DNA of 50,105 nucleotides from Phycisphaerales bacterium (lineage in GTDB: Bacteria > Planctomycetota > Phycisphaerae > Phycisphaerales > SM1A02), in the NCBI GenBank assembly GCA_044358545.1, contig JBIKNS010000001.1, forward strand, positions 1 to 50,105, written 5' to 3'. The translations under genes were made by a program, and so were the position numbers. This document shows, piece after piece, positions 42,575 to 50,105 of the stretch (position 1 is the stretch's first letter; every line of letters begins with the position of its first letter). A model generated the notes under the pieces. That model was not told the origin of the DNA, ran no database searches, and saw only the letters and a program-made list of their open reading frames with translations.

Positions 42575-43915
42575 CTAGGCAAGCCGCCGGACGATGACGG
42601 CGGTCCGGTCATCCGCCGTGGAGGGCGCCTGGCTGAACGAGAGCGCGCCAGCGTCAAGGGCGTCGAGGATCTCGGAGCAGGGGCGGTCGCGGAGCGTGCG
42701 CACCACGTCAAGCACCGCGGGGTCTCCCCACTGCGTCCCGTCCGGGCTCATGGCCTCGTAGTAGCCATCCGTGAGCACAAGAAGCAGGTCGCGCGGACTC
42801 AAGTTGATCCGCTGCGACTGTTCGCACGGGAAGCCGAAGTCGATCACGCCGAAGGGTGGCGCATCCGTGTCGATGGGCTCAAAGCGATCTTCCGCATAGC
42901 GGTACACGAAGAGCGGTCCCTGGCCGGCACTGAAGCTCTCGACCGAGTGCGTGCGCCCATCGAGAAGCCCGAGCCACGCGGTGACGAAGCGCCCTGAGGG
43001 CAGGTCCTGGCAGAGCTGGTTGTTGACCTCGCGTGCCGTGTCGAGCAGTCCGGTGCGCAATCGCGCGCCAACGCGCGCCATGCCACGCGCCTGCATCGAC
43101 GAGAGTGCCGGTCCCACCCCGTGGCCTGTGGCGTCGGCGAGAAGGAACATCACGCGTGCCGCGGCGGCCCCTTGCGCAACCACACCACTGTCGTCGATGC
43201 CGATGCAGTCGTACGCGTCACCGCCGCAGTCCTCGGCCGGCGTGCTGCGCGCCGCAATCTCGTACCCGTCGACCTGCGGAAGCGCGGTGGGGAACGATCC
43301 CTGCTGGATCGTGCGCGCCACATTCATCTCCTCCTCGAGCTTGGCGCGCGCGAGATGGTCCTCGATCAGCGCTGCACGGCGCAAGGCGACAGCGGCTTGC
43401 GCGGCAATGCCCCGCGCGAGCCACTCGTCACGGCCGTCAAAGGGTCCGCTCGCCTTGTTGAGCACCTGCGCCACGCCGACGAGCGCCCCCTCATGGTCCA
43501 TCAGGGGAACGGCGAGGACGCTGGTCGTGCGGTATCCGGTGCGCTGGTCCACGGACCGGTCGAACCGCGCGTCGGCGTACGCGTCAGGAATGTTGACGAT
43601 CTCGCGCGATTCCGCCGCAGCGCCTGCGATGCCGCGGTTGGCAGGGATCCTGATCACCTGTCCGCCGCCGCCGATGCCGTGCGCGACGTGGATGACAAGC
43701 TCGTGCGTCGCGGCGTCGTACGTGAACACGCTGGCCCGGTCCGCGGTGAGGAGGTCGCGGAGCGCATCGATGATGATGCTGAGCACCTGCGACAGGTCGG
43801 ACGACTCGCCAAGTCGCCGCGAAATGGCGAGCAACTTCTCGAGTGCGGCGATCGCGGACAGCTCGGCGCTGGCCGGCTGCAGCACGGTCCCATGACCAGT
43901 GCGCTGTGCGCTCAT
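42575..43915 (-). CDS. GAF domain-containing PP2C/SpoIIE-family serine phosphatase
   Basis: Track ORF 42575..43987, with the start set to the ATG at 43915 (MSAQRTGHG), which forms an ATGA overlap with the upstream gene's stop. The GAF region reads LSQVLSIIIDALRDLLTADRASVFTYD...VAQVLNK. PPM/SpoIIE motifs are present: CGGDAYDCIG, FLLADATGHGVGPAL, LLVLTDGYYEA. Confidence 0.85.
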   Translation of the reverse strand: MSAQRTGHGTVLQPASAELSAIAALEKLLAISRRLGESSDLSQVLSIIIDALRDLLTADRASVFTYDAATHELVIHVAHGIGGGGQVIRIPANRGIAGAAAESREIVNIPDAYADARFDRSVDQRTGYRTTSVLAVPLMDHEGALVGVAQVLNKASGPFDGRDEWLARGIAAQAAVALRRAALIEDHLARAKLEEEMNVARTIQQGSFPTALPQVDGYEIAARSTPAEDCGGDAYDCIGIDDSGVVAQGAAAARVMFLLADATGHGVGPALSSMQARGMARVGARLRTGLLDTAREVNNQLCQDLPSGRFVTAWLGLLDGRTHSVESFSAGQGPLFVYRYAEDRFEPIDTDAPPFGVIDFGFPCEQSQRINLSPRDLLLVLTDGYYEAMSPDGTQWGDPAVLDVVRTLRDRPCSEILDALDAGALSFSQAPSTADDRTAVIVRRLA

Positions 43916-46245
43916 GAGCCCGGGTTGGCGCTCGCGGCACCGCCGCCTGCGCGCATCTGCGGGTAGAGCAGCACCCGGTCGTGGCACATCAGGATGACGT
44001 CCTCGGCACCGTCTCCGGTGACGTCGGCAATGATCACCTGCGACGGCTCGAACTCGCGCGGCTCGCCGCCGGAGAAGAGGCGGCTCTCGAAGATCCTGAA
44101 GCTCTGCGCGGGCATCAGCTTCATGCCCTCGCTCACGGCGAGGATGTCGAGCATCTGCTTGCCGGCATCGAGCGCGATGACATCAGTGAGGCCGTCGCCG
44201 TTGACATCGCCCGCCCCGAACTCGTGCGGCACGCGCTCGTTGCCGTCCGGTCGCCAGGAGTCGAGCTGCTGCAGCGAGCGTCGCGTGCCGCCGAAGCGGA
44301 TCACGCCGAAGCCGTCGTCCCCGACAAGCAGGATGGCGTCGTCGCCTCCACCGGCGAACTTGCCGGCCTCGATGGAGTTGAACTTGAACCCCTTTGTGTC
44401 GATCGAGTCCTGTTGGGACCACTGGCCGCCGGAGTTGCGCGCGAAGATCAGCATCTTGCCGTTCTCGCGGTCGGCTGCGACGATGCGGTCGCCCATCAGC
44501 GCCATCGAGACCAGCTTGGCATCGCCGCGAGGCGCATTGATCTGCTCGACCACCTGCCATCCCGCCGCGGGGTCGTACCGGAGCGCGCGGATGAAGTTGC
44601 GGTCGGCGACCAGCAGCTCCGCGTTGCCGTCGCCATTGATGTCCGCCACCGCGGTGTTCTGGGCATTCGCCGCCTGCGCCAGGCCGAACTGCGCCATGTC
44701 CTTGCTCTCGAGCAGCGTGAACGAGGGGACGCCCTCCTTCTCCCCGGAGCGGCGCAGCATCATCATCGGCTTCTCAGGCGTGAAGAGCAGGAGGTCGGTG
44801 AGCCCGTCGCGGTCGGCATCCACGGCGAGCACCGTGTCCGGTGCGCGGCTGAGCGAGCCGAGCGGCACGGCGACACGCTTCGCCTCGCCCGACGCGGACT
44901 GCAGCTCAAGGGCGTAGTTGCGCCCATCCTTGGCCACCACGGCCACCCACGGACGTCCATCGAACTGGACCACGCCAAGCGCCACCGGCACGCTTCCCCC
45001 CGGCATGGGAATCGTGGCGGGGAAGCCGAGGGCACCATTCGCGCCGGGTTCGGACCGCCCCACGACGCCCTCCTTCTCGCTGGATACGAAGACCTCCGCG
45101 CGTCCGTCGCCGTTGACGTCACGTGCCGAGATGTAGTCGAGGTCGCTGTACGCGGGCGCATTGGCGTATGTGACGAATCCCCGTCCCGGCACTTGCAGGA
45201 AGGTGGAGATGGCGTTGGATTCGGTGTTGGTCGCCACGAGGTCAGGCAGGCCGTCGCCGTTGATGTCCGCGAGCGCGGTACGCCGCTTCCGATTGGACGG
45301 GTCCGCAAAGCTCCACGTCTGAAGCCCCGCCTCGCGGTCAGCATCGGACGTGGCGGGCCTCTCCTCGATGCGGTAGAGCACGGCGCGCCGCGATGGACGC
45401 TCGATCGTGCCAAGCATCGCGGCCTTCTGGCCATTCAGCCGCACTGCGGACGCCTCTCGCAGCGGCGGCATCTCGAAGCGCATCTGGGGCCCGAGGCTTG
45501 CGGTGCCGCCCACATCGGAGCCGAACCAGGCGCGCACTGGAGCGGCGTCGTCCGGAAGCACTCCCACGAGATCCTGCGTTCCGTCGCCGTCAAAGTCCTC
45601 GACGATCAGCGCCACAATGTTGCCGGTGCCCGCCGAGAGCTCGGTGGGGGACCCGATGTCCGTGCCGTCGAGCGGCCAGATCTGAATGCGCCCGGACACG
45701 ATGCCGATGAGCTCGGGCGCCGCGTCGCCAGTGACATTGGCGATCGCGAGCGCATCGCGCGTCGGGTTGAGGTTGCGCACGGTGTGCTTGCGGGCCACAT
45801 CGAAGGTGCCCGGCGCAGTCTGACGCATGAACACGACGCGTCCAGGCGCGCCGGCGTACACAAGGTCCATCATCCCGTCACGGTCGAAGTCGTAGGGAAG
45901 CACGGCGCCCACCTCCTCGGCCACTGGAACCTCAACTCGGCGGTAGCGCCAATGCTGCGGGATGTCGTTCACCGACTTGAGCGGCGGCGGCGGGTCATCC
46001 GGCGACGCGCCAGCCTTCTGCACAAGCACATCGATCCGGCTGTTGCGGTTGTTGACTGCAACGATGTCGCGCTTGCCGTCGCCGTCCATGTCGGCAGTGA
46101 CCATCGGACCCGCTCCCTTCTCGATCTTGACCACCTCGAGGGGATCGAATCCGTAGTGCTCCGCGAGCGACTGGCCCGGTGCCGAGGCGCATGCAAGGAG
46201 GGCGGAGACGGTGGCGAACGTCATGGCAGCGTGTCTGTGGATCAT
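43912..46245 (-). CDS. Secreted or lipoprotein FG-GAP/VCBS-repeat beta-propeller protein
   Basis: Track ORF 43912..46353, trimmed to the ATG at 46245 (MIHRHAAMTFATVSALLACASAPGQS, a signal peptide with a lipobox-like LLAC). An alternative ATG lies at 46224. Repeated cores: ADMDGDGKRDIVAV, YDFDRDGMMDLVYA, EDFDGDGTQDLVGV, ADINGDGLPDLVAT, RDVNGDGRAEVFVS, VDADRDGLTDLLLF, ADINGDGNAELLVA, GDVNGDGLTDVIAL, ADVTGDGAEDVILM. Confidence 0.8.
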   Translation of the reverse strand: MIHRHAAMTFATVSALLACASAPGQSLAEHYGFDPLEVVKIEKGAGPMVTADMDGDGKRDIVAVNNRNSRIDVLVQKAGASPDDPPPPLKSVNDIPQHWRYRRVEVPVAEEVGAVLPYDFDRDGMMDLVYAGAPGRVVFMRQTAPGTFDVARKHTVRNLNPTRDALAIANVTGDAAPELIGIVSGRIQIWPLDGTDIGSPTELSAGTGNIVALIVEDFDGDGTQDLVGVLPDDAAPVRAWFGSDVGGTASLGPQMRFEMPPLREASAVRLNGQKAAMLGTIERPSRRAVLYRIEERPATSDADREAGLQTWSFADPSNRKRRTALADINGDGLPDLVATNTESNAISTFLQVPGRGFVTYANAPAYSDLDYISARDVNGDGRAEVFVSSEKEGVVGRSEPGANGALGFPATIPMPGGSVPVALGVVQFDGRPWVAVVAKDGRNYALELQSASGEAKRVAVPLGSLSRAPDTVLAVDADRDGLTDLLLFTPEKPMMMLRRSGEKEGVPSFTLLESKDMAQFGLAQAANAQNTAVADINGDGNAELLVADRNFIRALRYDPAAGWQVVEQINAPRGDAKLVSMALMGDRIVAADRENGKMLIFARNSGGQWSQQDSIDTKGFKFNSIEAGKFAGGGDDAILLVGDDGFGVIRFGGTRRSLQQLDSWRPDGNERVPHEFGAGDVNGDGLTDVIALDAGKQMLDILAVSEGMKLMPAQSFRIFESRLFSGGEPREFEPSQVIIADVTGDGAEDVILMCHDRVLLYPQMRAGGGAASANPGS

Positions 46246-46328
46246 GGTGAAAGGTGGCCCTGGGCGCAGGTGCAGTGACTGGTTGCCGGCGCGGTAGCGC
46301 AGGTTGCGGATGGTACCCTTGCAGCCCC

Positions 46329-47369
46329 ATGACACAGTTTGCCGAGCGTTCACTGACTTGCGTGGCCGCGTGCCTTGCGCTTCTCGCTGGCACGTGCGCC
46401 GAGGCGCGCTCTTCCGAGGGTGCCGGGAACCCGGCAGGTGCGCCCGTCGGCGCAGCCGCGGACACGTCCGGCACGGATGTGCTGACGCTCAAGAGCGGAC
46501 GCAAGCTCGAGGGCGAGGTGCTCAAGCGCACGGACAAGAGGGTGTGGCTCGATGTGGGCGCCGATGTGCTCGTGTTCGACATGTCCGATGTGGCTGATGT
46601 CACCAACGACGCGTCGGGAGCGCCGGTGCGCACCGTCGAGCAGTCGCTCTACTCGGTTGCCGTTGACCTTCCTGAGCTCAGCCCCAAGGAGCACGCGAAG
46701 ATCATCGGTCCTGCGGTGATCAAGGTGTCCACGCCGTCAGGCCTTGGCTCTGGAGTCATCATCCACCGAGACGGGTTCGCGATCACGAACGCGCACGTGG
46801 TGCAGGGCGAGACCAATCTCCGCGCCACGATCTGGGTGGCGCAGCCCGACGGTTCGCTCAAGCGCACTGAGCTTGACGATGTGGAACTCATTGCGGTGAA
46901 CAACCAGATCGACCTCGCGCTCGTCAAGCTCAAGAGCCCCGACGGATCGCCCTTCCCGATTGCGCCCATCGTTGGCGCCGAAGGCCTGGAGGTCGGTCAG
47001 CCGGTCTTCGCGATCGGCAACCCGCTGGGTCTCGAGCGCACACTTACGCAGGGCGTCATCTCGACCACCAGCCGGAACTTTGACGGCCTGACCTACATCC
47101 AGACTGACACGCCGATCAATCCGGGAAACTCCGGCGGGCCGCTCTTCAACACCCGTGGCGAGGTGATCGGCATCACCAACATGGGTATCCGCGGCGGTGA
47201 GGCGCTCGGCTTTGCGATCCCGGCCCGCTACGTCACCGACTTCATCCGCAATCGCGAGGCGTTCGCGTACGACAAGAACAACCCCAACTCGGGCCACAAC
47301 TACCTGCAGCCGCCGCCGCGCAAGGACTTCAATGCGCCGCCGCAGCTCAGGGACTCGAGCTCGCGCTGA
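46329..47369 (+). CDS. Trypsin-like serine protease (S1C, HtrA/DegP-like catalytic domain); no PDZ domain recognisable
   Basis: Track ORF 46254..47369, trimmed to the ATG at 46329 (MTQFAERSLTCVAACLALLAGTCAEA, a signal peptide). The catalytic triad context is ITNAHVV, IDLALVKL and NPGNSGGPLF. Confidence 0.8.
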   Translation: MTQFAERSLTCVAACLALLAGTCAEARSSEGAGNPAGAPVGAAADTSGTDVLTLKSGRKLEGEVLKRTDKRVWLDVGADVLVFDMSDVADVTNDASGAPVRTVEQSLYSVAVDLPELSPKEHAKIIGPAVIKVSTPSGLGSGVIIHRDGFAITNAHVVQGETNLRATIWVAQPDGSLKRTELDDVELIAVNNQIDLALVKLKSPDGSPFPIAPIVGAEGLEVGQPVFAIGNPLGLERTLTQGVISTTSRNFDGLTYIQTDTPINPGNSGGPLFNTRGEVIGITNMGIRGGEALGFAIPARYVTDFIRNREAFAYDKNNPNSGHNYLQPPPRKDFNAPPQLRDSSSR

Positions 47370-47411
47370 CGTTGGCGCGAAGGATCAACCACCACACAGG
47401 GAGCTCACGCA

Positions 47412-49304
47412 ATGACCGACCACCTGACTCGTGCATCGTGCCTCGTGTCGGCAACGCTGTGTGCCGTCCTCGTCCCGCTGGCGCATTCTCAGGACACCCC
47501 AGCGGCGGCGCCTGTCGCAGGAGCGGTCGCTCAGGGTGCGACTGCGTCCGGAGGGGCGCAAGTGGCGGATGCTGTCGCGCAGCGCCAGCTTCCTCCGGTA
47601 GAGGAGCTTGCGCCGAAGTCGACATTCCTCGCGCTTGGCGTCAGGGACATGGCTGCGCTTGCCGAGAGGTTTTCCGCGACGCCGCTCGCCAAACTGCTTG
47701 AGGATCCGAAGGTCAAGGCTCTCATGGACGAGCCCGAGCAGGCTGCCGAAGCCGAGGAGCGCAAGAAGCGGCTCGCGGAGATGGGCATCGACGGCGACAG
47801 CGTGCCTTGGCCGGGCGCCGTCAGGCTTGCCGTCTTCCTGGACCGCGATCCTGAGCTGGATGCTGACGCGATTGGCATCATGCTCTGCGCTGACTACGGC
47901 GACCGTGCCGATGCGGCTGCGAAGATGGTTGACGGCGTCATCGCGCAGCTTGAGCGCGAGTCGGGGCGCGGCACCGAGCAGGTTGACATCGGTGGAGGTC
48001 GCCGCGCGACTGTGATCCCGCTGCCCAAGGCCGATGAGGAGCTTGGCGATGGCGGTCGTCAGCGGCCGCAGGCGAACCCGCTTGAGGGGCTCGGTCAGGT
48101 CGCCGCAACTCCGGACTCGCTGTTCTACCTGCGGGACGGGAGCCGCTTCTGGGTCGCCAGCTCAGTCGCGTCACTTGAGGACGCGCTTGGCGCCGCGGAG
48201 GGCCGCGGCGAGACGCTCTCGTCCCTGGAGGACTGGCAGGGCGCGTCGGCGCAGCTCGGCGGCACGGATGTGCAGGCGATCTTCTTCACGGCGCCGCTGC
48301 AGCCGCTGGTGCGTCCGTTGCTCGCCGGACCCATGGGGCCAATGCAGCCCCTGATCCAAAAGCTCTTCGGCGATATCCGTGCGTGGGGATTTGGTCTGTC
48401 GGTCGGGGGCGAGCGCGGCATGGTGGAGCTTTCCTCGACCGTGTTCGTGCCCGGCGAGAAGCTCGGTCTCGTGTCCCTCGTGTCCGAAGGGGTCGAGGTC
48501 GATGCGCCGCCCGCGATGTGCGGCGACGACGCCATCAGCTACCAGCGACTGAATGTGCGCTTCGACGGCATCATGAAGCTGCTCGAGGATGCGCTCGCCG
48601 CGCTGCCTGACATGCAGGCGGAGCAGATTGCGCCGCTGCTCGAGCAGTGGGGGCCTGGCATGCGCAAGGCCTTCGGCGCGATCGGGCCGACGATGTGGTC
48701 GTTCACGAATCCTGTGCCGGGCACTGAGGGGGGAACTCGCTCGGTGACGGTCATGCGGTGCAGCGATGAGCGTGCCGCGACTGCACTCATCGCGCTGGCC
48801 GCCCCGAGCGCGGGCTTGATGCCGCGCGACTTTCAGGGTGGGCAGATCTACAGCGGTGATGGCGTGCCGATGGCGATCGGGCTTGGCGGGAGTGCGGTGC
48901 TCTTCGGCGACCTTGCGGCCGTGGAGCAGGTCATGCGCGCATCGACCGACGCCTCCGCGCGCAGCCTCTCCGAGAACGCCGTGTACAAGCGCGCCGCGTC
49001 GAGCGTGCCGCCCGGTCCCGTGAGCGGATGGGGCTACGTCGATGCGGTGCGCAGCTTCGACCTCAACCGCAAGCAGATGCTCGCCGAGGATGGGCTGATC
49101 GGCCGCATTGACGAGGCGATCGACGACCGGGAAGCGGTGACCGACATGCTTCCGGCTCAGTTGCCGCCGTCGCTTCGTGATGCGCTTCAGGAGGTCGATG
49201 CCGCATTGCTTGCGCGCTACCTTGGACCGGTCGTGTACGAGATGCGGCCCAGCGACCGGGGTCTCGCCATCAGGGCGTGGTGGCTTCCGCCCGCGTCGCC
49301 TTGA
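47412..49304 (+). CDS. Secreted hypothetical protein (630 aa)
   Basis: The N-terminal signal peptide reads SCLVSATLCAVLVPLAHS-QD. I can name no family with confidence. It lies 42 nt downstream of the protease gene on the same strand. Confidence 0.5.
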   Translation: MTDHLTRASCLVSATLCAVLVPLAHSQDTPAAAPVAGAVAQGATASGGAQVADAVAQRQLPPVEELAPKSTFLALGVRDMAALAERFSATPLAKLLEDPKVKALMDEPEQAAEAEERKKRLAEMGIDGDSVPWPGAVRLAVFLDRDPELDADAIGIMLCADYGDRADAAAKMVDGVIAQLERESGRGTEQVDIGGGRRATVIPLPKADEELGDGGRQRPQANPLEGLGQVAATPDSLFYLRDGSRFWVASSVASLEDALGAAEGRGETLSSLEDWQGASAQLGGTDVQAIFFTAPLQPLVRPLLAGPMGPMQPLIQKLFGDIRAWGFGLSVGGERGMVELSSTVFVPGEKLGLVSLVSEGVEVDAPPAMCGDDAISYQRLNVRFDGIMKLLEDALAALPDMQAEQIAPLLEQWGPGMRKAFGAIGPTMWSFTNPVPGTEGGTRSVTVMRCSDERAATALIALAAPSAGLMPRDFQGGQIYSGDGVPMAIGLGGSAVLFGDLAAVEQVMRASTDASARSLSENAVYKRAASSVPPGPVSGWGYVDAVRSFDLNRKQMLAEDGLIGRIDEAIDDREAVTDMLPAQLPPSLRDALQEVDAALLARYLGPVVYEMRPSDRGLAIRAWWLPPASP

Positions 49305-50034
49305 GCCCGAGCGCAGCGACCGCATCGGCCGTCCATGAAGGATGGCCCGTACCGATCGAGTCGTGGTCCGCGTCTGAATCCACGAGGAGCGTGGCCTGGC
49401 TGCCGTGCGCGCGCGCGCGCGCGTGAAGTGCCCTTACGGCATCGGGCGGCACGATGGCATCCTCGGTGCAGGTGATCCACACGGTAGGGATCGATCCACT
49501 CCCGATCACGCGCAGCGAGTCTTCGATGGGGGTCTCTCGGCCGCAGAGCGCCCACACCGCGCGTGCGGCGATCCACACGGCGGGAAACGCAGGCATGCCC
49601 ATGTGCGACAGCCGGCCCGTGAGCGGCACTCGTACGTCGGGATAGGGGCACATCAGCAGTGCACCGACGATCGGCGTGCCTGACGCCTGCAGGGCTGCGG
49701 CGGCACGTACCGCGACGGATGCGCCGAGGGAATGCCCGGCCACCACCCATGGCACGTCGGGCCGCGTGCGCACCGCGGCGCACGCATCAGCGACATCGGC
49801 CGCACCAAGCGTGGAGGGACCGGCCGGCGCATCCCCATGGCCCCGCAGGTCGAGGACGCAGGCGAAGCGCACATGAGGAAGGAGCCACGGCAGACGCCTG
49901 AGCGAGTCGATGCGCGAGCGCCGCCAGCCGTGGAGCAGCAGCAGCGCTGGACCTTCCGGGCTTCCGCCGGTCACGGTCCACATGGGAAGCGCTGTGCCAT
50001 CCGTGCATGTCACGGTGCCTTCGGACGCCTCCAT
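49270..50034 (-). CDS. Alpha/beta-fold hydrolase
   Basis: Track ORF 49270..50085, with the start tentatively placed at the ATG at 50034 (MEASEGTVT). An oxyanion-region LLLLHGW and a nucleophile elbow VAGHSLGAS (GxSxG) are present. The 3' end overlaps the convergent gene by 35 nt. Confidence 0.7.
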   Translation of the reverse strand: MEASEGTVTCTDGTALPMWTVTGGSPEGPALLLLHGWRRSRIDSLRRLPWLLPHVRFACVLDLRGHGDAPAGPSTLGAADVADACAAVRTRPDVPWVVAGHSLGASVAVRAAAALQASGTPIVGALLMCPYPDVRVPLTGRLSHMGMPAFPAVWIAARAVWALCGRETPIEDSLRVIGSGSIPTVWITCTEDAIVPPDAVRALHARARAHGSQATLLVDSDADHDSIGTGHPSWTADAVAALGLKATRAEATTP

Positions 50035-50105
50035 GCCCGCCTCCGATGGGTGCGTGGCCAGCCCGCGCGCAAGGGCCCAGCCCACGGTCGCGCGTGAGGG
50101 ATGGC

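Noticed and set aside
46311-46323. TGGTACCCTTGCA upstream of the protease gene, considered as a sigma-54 -24/-12 element.
   Set aside because: Only 7 nt separate GG and GC, so the geometry is incompatible with sigma-54 promoters.
1-50105. Search for tRNA/rRNA genes, CRISPR arrays, transposases, integrases, phage genes or toxin-antitoxin pairs.
   Set aside because: Intergenic gaps are short; the longest are 281, 166, 163 and 108 nt. None shows a cloverleaf-like sequence or short direct-repeat/spacer periodicity. No ORF has recombinase or transposase motifs.

Overview
This is a high-GC bacterial chromosomal window (about two-thirds or more G+C by eye), densely coding. I call 34 protein-coding genes. 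I found no rRNA, tRNA, CRISPR array, transposase or integrase.

The six-frame track is full of long antisense or out-of-frame shadow ORFs and 5'-over-extended ORFs, both typical of this GC content. I resolved them using domain motifs, signal peptides and neighbouring stop codons. One real gene (1..2433, minus) is missing from the track because it runs off the left edge.

Housekeeping content:
- A partial dcw block, murC-murB-ddl-ftsQ. It is followed by an unknown membrane protein, greA and cls rather than ftsA/ftsZ.
- An orphan sigma-54 response regulator and two LptF/LptG-family permeases.
- A parvulin lipoprotein and a large polytopic membrane protein.
- rpmI-rplT, hpnH, a rhomboid-TPR protease, gltA, and an ECF sigma/anti-sigma pair.

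The gene dialect tentatively suggests Planctomycetota, Phycisphaerae-like. The cues are many FG-GAP/VCBS propellers, dockerin-like 'LAAWG' tails, a DUF1559/pseudopilin-like module, an FtsZ-less end to the dcw cluster, and hopanoid hpnH. This cannot be proven from the window alone.

The stand-out locus is a same-strand, tightly coupled four-gene block at 29975..42553. It encodes an alginate-export-like outer-membrane barrel, a small lipoprotein, a 2,549-aa secreted protein and a CHASE2 class III nucleotidyl cyclase. The 2,549-aa protein has an N-terminal FecR domain followed by about 2,300 aa of alanine-rich, proline-poor sequence that contains 1.7-kb tandem repeats. The block is flanked convergently by a GAF-PP2C phosphatase coupled to an FG-GAP lipoprotein. 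I propose it as a candidate undescribed envelope-to-cyclic-nucleotide signalling system. All functional links are inference.
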